A stretch of DNA of 64,000 bases from assembly GCA_023267215.1 (NCBI GenBank), contig JAHFNS010000001.1, positions 22,043-86,042 of the forward strand, given 5' to 3'. Position 1 is the first letter of the stretch, and each line of letters begins with the position of its first letter. Positions 45,012 to 54,337 of this stretch are shown here, in pieces. The notes under the pieces are model-generated. The model saw only the letters and a list, made by a program, of their open reading frames with translations. It made no database searches and had not been told where the DNA came from. Source of the stretch: Candidatus Nomurabacteria bacterium. GTDB taxonomy: Bacteria > Patescibacteriota > Minisyncoccia > Phycocordibacterales > UBA9973. The position numbers and the translations under genes are program-made.

Positions 45012-45479
45012 ATGAAACAAGCTGGTAATTATATAACTGAAGAAAAAAGAAAAGCCTTAGAAGTTGAATTAGAAGATTTAAAAGGACCTAAAAGAAAAGA
45101 AATTTTAGACGCTTTAGCTTATGCGAAGTCATTAGGTGATCTTTCTGAAAATGCAGAATATCATCAAGCCAGAGAAGATCAAGGCAAGCTTGAAGAACGT
45201 ATTTCAAGAATTGAACAAGTGCTGGGATCATCAGAAGTTGTTTCTGGGGGCGGTGGAGATGTTATCGAGATTGGTTCCAAGGTAGTAGTTATAAAAAATG
45301 GAGAGAAAGAAGAAAAGACTTATCAAATAGTTGGTTCTGAAGAATCAGATATGTCTCAAGGGAAAATTTCTAACAGATCTCCTTTTGGCGAAGCACTCTT
45401 TGGAAAAAAGAAAGGTGATGACGTTTCTTTTAAAACTCCAAACGGAGAAGTAAATTATAAAATAATAAATGTATCTTAA
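45012..45479 (+). CDS. greA: Transcription elongation factor GreA
   Basis: N-terminal coiled coil with SENAEYHQAREDQGKLEERI and a C-terminal FKBP-like domain. Confidence 0.85.
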   Translation: MKQAGNYITEEKRKALEVELEDLKGPKRKEILDALAYAKSLGDLSENAEYHQAREDQGKLEERISRIEQVLGSSEVVSGGGGDVIEIGSKVVVIKNGEKEEKTYQIVGSEESDMSQGKISNRSPFGEALFGKKKGDDVSFKTPNGEVNYKIINVS

Positions 45480-46966
45480 TGTCTTCAATTGATGAAATTA
45501 GGGACGCTAGAATAAAAAAAATTAGCCTCTTAAAAGAAAGAGGTATGGAACCGTACTCATCATTCTCAAAAAGAGAACTGTCTTTAGAAGAAGCTATTAG
45601 TAAATTTGATAGTTTAGAGAAAGAGGCTCTAGCGAAATGGATTGGAGGACGTATTATGTCTATGCGTGGACAGGGAGCAATAATATTTATTACATTAAAT
45701 GATGGTACAGCAACTTTTCAAGGACTCTTAAAAAAAGATGTAATTGGCGAAGAAAAATTAAATTTCTTTAATGAAGCAGTAGACATAGGAGACTTCGTAG
45801 AGATACAAGGAACTTTCTTTACTACAAAAAGGGGAGAGAAAACACTTGAAGCTAAAGATTGGAGGATGCTCTCAAAGAGCTTACTTCCGTTACCTGAAAA
45901 ATGGCATGGCTTACAAGATGTAGAAGAAAGATTTAGAAAAAGATATTTAGAAATTTTAACTGATAAAGAAGTTTTTGATCGTTTTGTTTTGCGTACCAAA
46001 GTAATTAAGGAAATCAGAAAGTTTTTTGATGATTTAGGGTTTTTAGAAATTGAAACACCAATATTAAAAAATAATGCCGGTGGAGCAATGGCAGAACCAT
46101 TCTTAACTCATCACAACGATTTGAATATTGATATGAAGCTTCGCATTTCTTTAGAAATCGAACATAAAATGTTAATGGCAGGTGGTTTTCCGGCTGTATA
46201 TGAGATAGGTAAGAATTTTAGAAATGAAGGTTCAGACCCAACACATATCCAAGAGTTCACTATGATGGAATGGTACAGCGCTTATCACACACTTGAAGAT
46301 AATATTGTTTGGACTGAGAATCTTTTGAAACACTTAGCTAAAAATGTCATTGGTAAAAGTAATTTTATGGTTTATGACAAAAATGGAAATGGAGTAGAAG
46401 TTAATTTTGATACTGTTTGGCCAAGAATAAAATTTAGTGATTTACTTCTTAAGTATGCAAATATTGATATGGCAAATATTTCTTTAGCTGATTTACAGAA
46501 GGAAGCTTTGAAACATGGCATTGAAAAAGATGAATTAGCAAAAACAGGCAGAGCTAATTTATTAGATTTTATATTTAAACATGCAGCTCGTCCTAATCTT
46601 ATTGACCCTGTTTTTGTGATTGATTATCCAGGGGATTTGAAACCATTAGCTAACCAAAATGATGACGGCACCGCAAAAGTTGCACAGCTCATCATCGGTG
46701 GAGCAGAGATCACCAATCAATATTCAGAATTAATTGATCCGATAAAACAAAGAGAACTTTTAGAAGCTCAAGCAAAGGCAAAAAGTGCAGGGGATAAAGA
46801 AGCGATGGAATTTGATGAAGACTTCATCACGGCTCTCGAATATGGTGTGCCTCAGATGACAGGCTTCGGTATGGGTATAGACAGATTGCTTGCAATATTT
46901 TTCGAACAAAAAAATCTTCGCGAAACTATTTTCTTCCCAATAATGCGTCCAAGAAATTTGGAATAA
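45479..46966 (+). CDS. lysS: Lysyl-tRNA synthetase (class II)
   Basis: OB-fold N-terminus, motif 2 (FRNEGSDPTHIQEFTMMEWY) and motif 3 (GFGMGIDRL). Confidence 0.9.
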   Translation: MSSIDEIRDARIKKISLLKERGMEPYSSFSKRELSLEEAISKFDSLEKEALAKWIGGRIMSMRGQGAIIFITLNDGTATFQGLLKKDVIGEEKLNFFNEAVDIGDFVEIQGTFFTTKRGEKTLEAKDWRMLSKSLLPLPEKWHGLQDVEERFRKRYLEILTDKEVFDRFVLRTKVIKEIRKFFDDLGFLEIETPILKNNAGGAMAEPFLTHHNDLNIDMKLRISLEIEHKMLMAGGFPAVYEIGKNFRNEGSDPTHIQEFTMMEWYSAYHTLEDNIVWTENLLKHLAKNVIGKSNFMVYDKNGNGVEVNFDTVWPRIKFSDLLLKYANIDMANISLADLQKEALKHGIEKDELAKTGRANLLDFIFKHAARPNLIDPVFVIDYPGDLKPLANQNDDGTAKVAQLIIGGAEITNQYSELIDPIKQRELLEAQAKAKSAGDKEAMEFDEDFITALEYGVPQMTGFGMGIDRLLAIFFEQKNLRETIFFPIMRPRNLE

Positions 46967-46988
46967 AAATTCCACTATATAAACAAAA

Positions 46989-47011
46989 AGCAGTACTATA
47001 AAATAGTACTG
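46989..47011. terminator. Bidirectional terminator hairpin
   Basis: GCAGTACTAT-AAA-ATAGTACTGC between convergent lysS and the gene at 47024..47341. Confidence 0.6.
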
Positions 47012-47023
47012 CAGGAAAACATT

Positions 47024-47341
47024 TCACTCTTGAACCCAGAAGAAGAGTGTTTCTTTATAAAAACGTAAATCTTCTATTTTTATAAAAGTAACAACAAATT
47101 TTGCCGTACTTTTAGAAGGGTTATCAAAAACAATCATGATGATATCATTGTCATGATTGTTTTCTTGTTCAACTGCCAACACGTGAAAAGAGCAGGAAGT
47201 AAAACTTTTATTGTTTCTTCTAAGCGTATTTATTACTTCTTCAATGTTTGGGGATTTTTGTTTTTTCTCTACCATTTTTTTTATAAAAGAAGAGAGATTT
47301 TTATATCCACCAATATCTGTTAGGATATTATAAAATAACAT
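47024..47341 (-). CDS. Hypothetical protein
   Basis: 105-aa ORF with no motif. Confidence 0.3.
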   Translation of the reverse strand: MLFYNILTDIGGYKNLSSFIKKMVEKKQKSPNIEEVINTLRRNNKSFTSCSFHVLAVEQENNHDNDIIMIVFDNPSKSTAKFVVTFIKIEDLRFYKETLFFWVQE

Positions 47342-47697
47342 TTTAACCTCGATTTGTGAAAGAAATTATTTTATATAATTTAACATTATTGTAACAAATA
47401 AGTCAAGTTTGAAGTTATTAATAAAGAGGAAAAAAAGGGGGAGCAAAAAACGGAAGCTAAAATAATTTAGCTCCCGTTAACCTAACCAGAGGGATTCCAA
47501 AGATCCAGATAGATAAGTTTAACTGTTCATTTTTTGAACAGTATGTTTCTCTATGCCAGCGTCACCCAGATACATCCCGTATCTTTAAGGGTTTAGACAT
47601 AAGGAAATGTGTTTTCTAAAAAACGAAACGAACACTTTCTTGATTAATACAATAAATTATATATAAAATAAGTCAAATTTTGACCATTAATACTTAT

Positions 47698-47829
47698 CTC
47701 CCACACCTATAATACTGTCATTCTGCTTTTTCAATAAGAACACCTAAGATATCATGGTTTTTAGTATAAAAAATATTACTTTTTAATTTTTTAGCAGAAC
47801 AAAAAGTAACAGTATTATAGGTGTGGGAG
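47698..47829. repeat. 132-bp MITE-like element with 20-bp perfect terminal inverted repeats flanked by TTAT direct repeats
   Basis: Left end CTCCCACACCTATAATACTG; right end CAGTATTATAGGTGTGGGAG (exact reverse complement). TTAT immediately outside both ends. Subterminal TCATTCTGC/GCAGAA. Confidence 0.65.
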
Positions 47830-47854
47830 TTATCCACAGATAGGGTTTTGCGTT

Positions 47855-47900
47855 GTGGGGGATAGTGGTTTACAATATATATCAAGTGGGAAAAGGTGGG
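47855..47900 (+). promoter_or_regulatory. Candidate MraZ operator: GTGGG direct repeats upstream of mraZ
   Basis: GTGGG at 47855, 47886 and 47896. The last two are spaced 10 bp apart (AAGTGGGAAAAGGTGGGAAA). A TATAAAAT -10-like box follows at ~47924. Confidence 0.5.
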
Positions 47901-47938
47901 AAATTTTAAAGAGCGTAAGCGACTATAAAATTTCACCA

Positions 47939-47992
47939 CCCCGTTAAATAATTTTTGCAAAGCAAAAATTGCCCAAAGGGCATTTAACGGGG
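47939..47992 (+). ncRNA. Structured leader element upstream of mraZ (11-bp outer stem enclosing two hairpins)
   Basis: CCCCGTTAAAT [ATTTTTGC-AAA-GCAAAAAT] [GCCC-AAA-GGGC] ATTTAACGGGG, 40 bp upstream of the mraZ start. Confidence 0.4.
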
Positions 47993-48032
47993 TAATGATT
48001 TTTATGTTCGCTTTGCTCACTAAAAATCAATT

Positions 48033-48476
48033 ATGCTTATAGGAGAATACATACACACAATAGACGAAAAAAATCGGGTATCTCTACCCGTAAAGTTTCG
48101 CAAAGAGCTCGGCAAAAAAATTATTATCACACCTGGCCTAGACCAGTGTTTGTTTATCTTTACAACTGAAGAATGGAAAAAGGTTTCTAAAAGACTTTCT
48201 GATTCCGATTCAGATCTTTCTTTTCTTAAAGCAGACAAAAGAAGTTTCAATCGATTTATGTTCGGACGAGCAGCCGAAGTAGAAGTGGATGCTATTGGAA
48301 GAATTTTGATTCCTGATTTTTTGAAAGAAAGAATTAAATTAGAAGGTAAAGCAGCAATCATTGGAGTAGAAGATAGAGTTGAAATTTGGAATGACAAGAC
48401 ATGGCTTTCATATAGAGATGTAGTGGAAAAACAAGCAGATCAATTAGCAGAGAAGTTAGGGAATGAGAATTTATAA
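48033..48476 (+). CDS. mraZ: Transcriptional regulator MraZ
   Basis: MLIGEYIHTIDEKNRVSLPVKFRKEL, and a second DxxxR repeat (EVDAIGRILIPDFLKE). Confidence 0.85.
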   Translation: MLIGEYIHTIDEKNRVSLPVKFRKELGKKIIITPGLDQCLFIFTTEEWKKVSKRLSDSDSDLSFLKADKRSFNRFMFGRAAEVEVDAIGRILIPDFLKERIKLEGKAAIIGVEDRVEIWNDKTWLSYRDVVEKQADQLAEKLGNENL

Positions 48477-49392
48477 GATGGCAAAAGAAAGTGTACACAA
48501 GACAGTTCTTTTAAATGAAACAATAGAAGGTTTAGAACTCTCCCGAAGCCTGGCTTCAGAAAAGATTGTTTTAGATTGTACTTTTGGAGGAGGAGGACAT
48601 AGTTTAGAAATTTTAGAAAGATATCCAAAAGTAAAAGTGATTGCTTTAGATCAAGATAAAAGTGCTTGGGAAAAAGCAAAGAATAAATTCAAAGGACGAG
48701 AAAAAAGAATTTCTTTTGTGAATAATAATTTCAGGGATATAGATGAAGCTTTACAAAAGGAAGGAGTAGAAAAAGTAGACGGTATTATTTTTGACTTAGG
48801 TTTGAGTTCGGATCAGTTGGAGAATTCCGGACGAGGATTTTCTTTTATGAAAGATGAGCCATTACAGATGACCATGAAAGAAAATCCTCTGCCAGAAGAT
48901 TTGACGGCAGAAGACATAGTAAACGGCTGGAGCGAAAAAAGTTTAGCCGACATTATCTATGGATATGGTGAAGAAAGGTTTAGTCGAAAAATAGCGAAGG
49001 GGATAGTGGAAAGTAGAAAAAAAGAAAAAATAGAGAGGACAGGTCAGTTGGTGAAGATTATAGGAGAAAATGTTCCGAGTGCATACAGGAAAGGGAGATT
49101 GCACTTTGCTACAAAAACCTTTCAGGCATTAAGAATCGCAGTAAATGATGAATTAGGGTCATTACAGCAAGGATTAGGAAAAGGGTTGGAAGCCCTAAAG
49201 AAAGGAGGTAGGATGTCAGTCATTTCATTTCATAGCTTGGAAGACAGAATAGTAAAAAGATTTTATAAAGAAAAAGAAAAGGAAGAAAAAGTAATTTTAA
49301 TAAATAAAAAACCGATAATAGCGAAAGAAGAAGAAATAAAAAATAACCCGAGATCAAGAAGTGCAAAGTTAAGAATTTTGGAGAAAAAATAA
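48463..49392 (+). CDS. rsmH: 16S rRNA (cytosine1402-N4)-methyltransferase RsmH
   Basis: HKTVLLNE, DCTFGGGGHS, DLGLSSDQL, FHSLEDRIVK. Confidence 0.9.
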   Translation: MRIYKMAKESVHKTVLLNETIEGLELSRSLASEKIVLDCTFGGGGHSLEILERYPKVKVIALDQDKSAWEKAKNKFKGREKRISFVNNNFRDIDEALQKEGVEKVDGIIFDLGLSSDQLENSGRGFSFMKDEPLQMTMKENPLPEDLTAEDIVNGWSEKSLADIIYGYGEERFSRKIAKGIVESRKKEKIERTGQLVKIIGENVPSAYRKGRLHFATKTFQALRIAVNDELGSLQQGLGKGLEALKKGGRMSVISFHSLEDRIVKRFYKEKEKEEKVILINKKPIIAKEEEIKNNPRSRSAKLRILEKK

Positions 49393-49396
49393 AATC

Positions 49397-49762
49397 ATGA
49401 AACAAGCAAGTTTAAAACTAAAAAGTTATGCGAATCATGTAAACACAAATGTGCATATTATTGATAATGGCAACTTACAGCAAAGGATTTTTAAGATTAT
49501 GCTTTGGATGTTGGGAATATTAGCGGTGTTTTATGTTTTATTTTTAGGGAATATGGTTTTCAATATCATAGAACGCAAGTCCATGGAAAATTATGCTCAC
49601 ACCTTATCTAATGAAGTTGGAGGTTTGGAATTAGAATATCTTTCAGAATCTCAGAAAATTGATTTAAATTTAGCAGATTCTTTAGGTTTTAAAGAAATAA
49701 AAACAAAATTTGCAACTCGTAAAACTCTTGGCAGTATAAGTATTGCTAAAAATGAAATATAA
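49397..49762 (+). CDS. FtsL-like cell division protein
   Basis: Small bitopic protein with one TM helix located between rsmH and ftsI. Confidence 0.35.
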   Translation: MKQASLKLKSYANHVNTNVHIIDNGNLQQRIFKIMLWMLGILAVFYVLFLGNMVFNIIERKSMENYAHTLSNEVGGLELEYLSESQKIDLNLADSLGFKEIKTKFATRKTLGSISIAKNEI

Positions 49763-51467
49763 TTTTCTTTCTAGAACTAGAGTCATATTTTTATGTATTT
49801 CAATTTTTGCCACCATTTTAATAGGCAAAATTTTTTTAATACAGGTGGTACATAGTAGTTCTTATTCTGAAAAAGCAGATAGACAATATTCAACTCCTTC
49901 ATCCAATATTTTTGAACGTGGCACTATTTATTTTTCAAGAAAAGATGGTCAACTTGTTTCGGCTGCATTACAGACTACTGGTTTTAAAGTAGCTATAAAC
50001 CCTACTAAAATTCTTGTCAAAGAAAGTGTTTATCAAGAACTCTCTAAAATAATAACTCTTGATTATAATGATTTTATAACAAAAGCTAGTAAAGAAAATG
50101 ATCCATACGAAGAAATAGCAAACCATCTCACTAAAGAAGAAGCAGATGCTATATCTTCATTAAAAATTCCAGGACTTTCTATTTATAAAGAAAAATGGCG
50201 TTTTTATCCTGGAAATTATTTAGCTTCACAAACGCTTGGTTTTGTAGCTTATAAAGGAGATGAACTAGAAGGACGTTATGGTCTTGAAAGACAATATAAT
50301 AGTACTCTCTCTATGAATAAAGATAATCCTTATGTTAATTTTTTTGCTGAAGTTTTTTCGAATATTAGCGATACTATTTTAAATAGCAAAGATGAAGAAG
50401 GAGACATCGTGACAACCATCGAACCAGGAGTTCAGAGTTTTTTAGAAAAAACTTTGCAAGATGTCAAAGATAAATATCAAGCTGACTCTATGGGTGGTAT
50501 AATAATGAATCCAGAAGATGGATCTATTTATGCATTAGGGAGCAAGCCAGATTTTGATTTAAATAATTTTTCAAAAGTTAAAAATAATGCTACTTTTTCA
50601 AATCCATTAGTAGAAAATGTTTTAGAATTTGGATCAGTGGTAAAGCCTCTAGTCATGGCAGCTGCCATTGATAAAGGGGTAGTGACAGCAAATACGACTT
50701 ATGACGATAAAGGTTCAGTGCTAGTTGAAGACCACACTATATATAATTTTGACAAAAAAGGGCGTGGACCAGGTACGACTATGCAAGAAGTATTAAGTCA
50801 ATCACTAAACACCGGTATGGTTTTTGTAGAAAAAAAATTAGGTAAACAAAGTATGCGTGATTATTTTATTTCTTATGGCATTAAAGATAAGACAGGTGTT
50901 GATTTACCAAACGAGACAAGTAATTTGGTTTCTAATTTCTTAATAAGTCCAAGAGAGATTGAAGACGCTAATGCTGCTTTTGGACAAGGAATAGCTTTGA
51001 CACCAATAGGGATGATTCGAGCCTTGGCCTCACTTTCAAACGGTGGGAATTTAGTTGTGCCACATATTGTACAAAAAATAAAATATAATAACGGTACAGA
51101 AAAAGAAATGATTTATGAAAAAAAACCAGTAAAAATATCAAAAACAACTGCAGAAGAAATTACTAGAATGCTTGTGAATGTTATGGATAAAGGAGTAGAA
51201 GGTGGAAAACCACAATTAGAACATTATAGTGTGGCAGTAAAAACAGGTACAGCGCAAGTTGCCAATAATGAAACAGGAGGATATTATGAAGATAGACATA
51301 CTCATTCATTCTTTGGGTATTTCCCAGCTTATAATCCAAAATTTATAATTTTTCTTTATGCGGTGAATCCAAAAGGTGTGCCTTATGCTGTACAGACTTG
51401 GGCGAATCCATTTTTAAGTATCACCAAGTTTTTGATTAATTATTATGAAATTCCACCAGATAGATAA
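49743..51467 (+). CDS. ftsI: Penicillin-binding protein (FtsI-like transpeptidase)
   Basis: N-terminal TM helix. SVVK (SxxK), SLN (SxN) and KTG motifs. Sits in the dcw cluster. Confidence 0.75.
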   Translation: MLKMKYNFLSRTRVIFLCISIFATILIGKIFLIQVVHSSSYSEKADRQYSTPSSNIFERGTIYFSRKDGQLVSAALQTTGFKVAINPTKILVKESVYQELSKIITLDYNDFITKASKENDPYEEIANHLTKEEADAISSLKIPGLSIYKEKWRFYPGNYLASQTLGFVAYKGDELEGRYGLERQYNSTLSMNKDNPYVNFFAEVFSNISDTILNSKDEEGDIVTTIEPGVQSFLEKTLQDVKDKYQADSMGGIIMNPEDGSIYALGSKPDFDLNNFSKVKNNATFSNPLVENVLEFGSVVKPLVMAAAIDKGVVTANTTYDDKGSVLVEDHTIYNFDKKGRGPGTTMQEVLSQSLNTGMVFVEKKLGKQSMRDYFISYGIKDKTGVDLPNETSNLVSNFLISPREIEDANAAFGQGIALTPIGMIRALASLSNGGNLVVPHIVQKIKYNNGTEKEMIYEKKPVKISKTTAEEITRMLVNVMDKGVEGGKPQLEHYSVAVKTGTAQVANNETGGYYEDRHTHSFFGYFPAYNPKFIIFLYAVNPKGVPYAVQTWANPFLSITKFLINYYEIPPDR

Positions 51468-52764
51468 AATGAAGACAACTTTTAAAAAAATAATAACTTA
51501 CATTTTACGAGTAGAATCACAACTCGTTCTTTGGAAATATAAACCGAAGATTGTTGCTATTACTGGAACAGTCGGAAAAACTTCAACCAAAGATGCTGTT
51601 TATGCTGTCGTCTCTGGAATTTCTTATGTTCGAAAAAGTGAAAAAAGTTACAACAGTGAAATAGGTTTACCCTTAACTATTTTAGGAGTGCCTAACGGCT
51701 GGAATAATCCTCTTATTTGGTTTTTAAATATTTTAAAAGGTCTTTGGCTTTTTATTGGGCCTCATAAATATCCCAAATGGCTTGTACTTGAAGTAGGGAT
51801 TAGTAAACCTGGAGATATGCGTCGTACTGCTTCTTGGCTTAAAACAGATGCAGTTATTATAACTATGATAGGTGATACTCCTGCCCACATAGAATTTTTT
51901 GATTCACATAAACATTTAGTAGAAGAAAAGAGCAGTTTAATTAAAACTTTGAAAAAAGATGGGATTTTAATATTAAACAATGACGATGAAGTGGTCAGAG
52001 GAATGAAAGAAAAAACAAAAAATTGTATTGTAACTTTTGGTTTTAAAGAAGATTCAGATTTGAAAGGGTTAGGAGATAATATTTTTTACAATAATCTTGG
52101 AGTTCCAGAAGGATTGATTTTTAGAATAGATGAAAAGGATAATAGTTTTCCCGTTGTCATCGAAGGAGTTTTTGGTAGGAATCATATTTATGCTTCACTT
52201 GCAGCTTTAGCTTTTTCTTCTGGTTTGAAATTCAATATGATTGATGCTATTAGTAAATTGAAAAATTATAGTGTTCCGCCTGGACGTATGCGTCTTTTAG
52301 AAGGTATAAATAATTCTTTTATCATAGACGATACTTACAATTCTTCTCCATTTGCTTTATTGTCGGCACTTAAAACTTTAGGAGAAGTAAAATGTTTGGG
52401 AAAGAAAATAGCTGTTTTAGGTGATATGTTAGAACTTGGTAAACATACTGAAGAAGCACATAAAAATGTAGGTTTAATTGCTAAAGAAAATACAGAAGTG
52501 TTAATTGTTGTTGGTCCAAGAGCACAGAAGATAAAAGAAGGGGCAATAGAGGCGGGAATGAATATAGAAAATATTTTTGAATTTTTGAATTCAAAAGAAG
52601 CAGGGGAATTTCTTAAGACTCTTATACAAAAAGATGATCTTGTGCTTATTAAAGGGTCACAAGGAATGCGCATGGAGTATGCAGTAGAAGCAATACTTTT
52701 AGATAAAAAAAATAAAAAAAATCTCCTTGTTCGTCAGGATGAAGAGTGGAAAAAGAAGAAATAA
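51445..52764 (+). CDS. murF: UDP-N-acetylmuramoyl-tripeptide--D-alanyl-D-alanine ligase (MurF-like Mur ligase)
   Basis: P-loop ITGTVGKTSTKD and a Mur ligase C-terminal domain. 439 aa, immediately after ftsI. Confidence 0.7.
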   Translation: MKFHQIDKMKTTFKKIITYILRVESQLVLWKYKPKIVAITGTVGKTSTKDAVYAVVSGISYVRKSEKSYNSEIGLPLTILGVPNGWNNPLIWFLNILKGLWLFIGPHKYPKWLVLEVGISKPGDMRRTASWLKTDAVIITMIGDTPAHIEFFDSHKHLVEEKSSLIKTLKKDGILILNNDDEVVRGMKEKTKNCIVTFGFKEDSDLKGLGDNIFYNNLGVPEGLIFRIDEKDNSFPVVIEGVFGRNHIYASLAALAFSSGLKFNMIDAISKLKNYSVPPGRMRLLEGINNSFIIDDTYNSSPFALLSALKTLGEVKCLGKKIAVLGDMLELGKHTEEAHKNVGLIAKENTEVLIVVGPRAQKIKEGAIEAGMNIENIFEFLNSKEAGEFLKTLIQKDDLVLIKGSQGMRMEYAVEAILLDKKNKKNLLVRQDEEWKKKK

Positions 52765-52773
52765 AAAGCAAAA

Positions 52774-52804
52774 GGACGAAAGAATAATCTTTCGTCCAGT
52801 TTTA
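52774..52804 (+). terminator. Rho-independent terminator after murF
   Basis: GGACGAAAG-AATAAT-CTTTCGTCC followed by AGTTTTAT. Confidence 0.7.
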
Positions 52805-53193
52805 TGGTCGTGATCAAAATTAGTTTATGGGATAAGGTTGCGTAAGAATTTTTTAAAATTCCAATTACAACTTTTTAATCCTATTTTTATTGCAATAATA
52901 GTTAATATGATTATAACTATGCTTGCAACTTGGTATGGTTCAAGTAAATTTAACTTTTCCCACATAAGAACTCCTAAGGCTGGTTTGGATATTCGTATAT
53001 AAGTATATCATATCTAAAATATTTGTCAAGTATTGATTTATTTTTTAATAAATTGTAATCTATATTTTGGATATGCTCTTTATAGAAAGAAACTTGATTT
53101 TAGTATCAATACTAGGCCTCAAATCCTATTGTATTGAGAAAATACTAAATCAGGGTCTAATATAGACCTTTCTATGCACAATGAGTAATCTAA

Positions 53194-53478
53194 TTGCCTC
53201 GTAAAACAACATGGGGCAATTTTCTTTTAAATTTAAAAATAGTAGGAGGAAATATGTTTATTTTCACGCCATTTTTACCATATATTTATATAGGAATCAT
53301 TCCTTTGTCTTTGATTATTGCTTTTTTAATCAATTATGTTTTGAAGGCTAAAGGAAGAAGAAAAGAATTTAGATTTTTTCTCCAAAAATTCTTTTATATA
53401 TGGCTTTTTAGTTCTATCACAATTTCAATAATTACAAAAATTACTGAAATTTATATAAACGGTTGGAAAGTTTTGTAG
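53194..53478 (+). CDS. Hypothetical small membrane protein
   Basis: 94 aa with 2-3 TM helices. Confidence 0.2.
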   Translation: MPRKTTWGNFLLNLKIVGGNMFIFTPFLPYIYIGIIPLSLIIAFLINYVLKAKGRRKEFRFFLQKFFYIWLFSSITISIITKITEIYINGWKVL

Positions 53479-53494
53479 CACGCATTTATGTGTG

Positions 53495-53986
53495 CTACTT
53501 TTTTATTTCAAATTCTGCTTTGTCTTTTTCTTTTAGTACCTTTATAAAGGCTGTTGAATGTGATGGACTTGAAGTAAAAGAATCGTAAGTTATTTTTTTT
53601 AATCCAGATTTTAGTTCTTCTAATGTTTTAGACTCAAATTCAGCTATCTCACTATTATGTTTTTCACTGTCAAAAATTATTCCGTAAAAAAGCCTATCTT
53701 TTAGATTTTCTAGTGTATAAAATATAACATACTGATCTTCTGTCATAGTGGTAGAAGCTGTTTTGAAATTATTTTTTGCTTCCATCTCAATACTATAATC
53801 TATTAACTCTCTACCGTTTTTAACCCTAGGCTTGTCTTCTTTTGGTCTTGTTCCATTTGTTGGTTCTTTAGCATCCTTTTTTATTTTATAGAAATTTCTA
53901 TTTTCAGGAGGCATTTCATAAATATTAGCCATAAATTTAAAATAAGTTATTAATAAACTACTTGTGTATTGTACAATGAAAATCAA
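53495..53986 (-). CDS. Hypothetical protein
   Basis: 163 aa with no motif. The start could instead be at MANIYEM. Confidence 0.3.
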   Translation of the reverse strand: MIFIVQYTSSLLITYFKFMANIYEMPPENRNFYKIKKDAKEPTNGTRPKEDKPRVKNGRELIDYSIEMEAKNNFKTASTTMTEDQYVIFYTLENLKDRLFYGIIFDSEKHNSEIAEFESKTLEELKSGLKKITYDSFTSSPSHSTAFIKVLKEKDKAEFEIKK

Positions 53987-54004
53987 AATAAATAAACCCT
54001 GTAT

Positions 54005-54256
54005 TTAACGATGAATACAGCCAGCCCAACAGCATGGTCTTCTCATTCCATTTTTTAGTTTTGATAGACCAACTTTTATTCGGCGGTTTCGTGTTCCTAT
54101 TTGCTTTGCAGAAATGACCCAACATATCCATTCATTACGTGCGAGCGGAGTGATGTCTTCCCAGGTAGTGAGTATCTTAGAGTCAGCAAGAAGAGCCTTC
54201 TTAAAATCTGCTGGAATTTTGTGCACCACGCCGGTTGAATTTTTTTCTTTATTCAT
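54005..54256 (-). CDS. YdeI/OmpD-associated family protein
   Basis: ...TTWEDITPLARNEWICWVISAKQIGTRNRRIKVGLSKLKNGMRRPCCWAGC matches the OmdA/YdeI C-terminal consensus. Confidence 0.55.
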   Translation of the reverse strand: MNKEKNSTGVVHKIPADFKKALLADSKILTTWEDITPLARNEWICWVISAKQIGTRNRRIKVGLSKLKNGMRRPCCWAGCIHR

Positions 54257-54337
54257 AAGTTTATTATAGCAAAGTTAAGATGAAGTCAATGAATTATGCG
54301 AGATTGGAACCTGATTTCCAATCAAATTAAGGTGTTT

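Noticed and set aside
52855-52992. Possible 45-aa minus-strand small membrane ORF in the spacer after murF
   Set aside because: It is below the ORF-track threshold and has no RBS or motif evidence. It cannot be supported from sequence alone.
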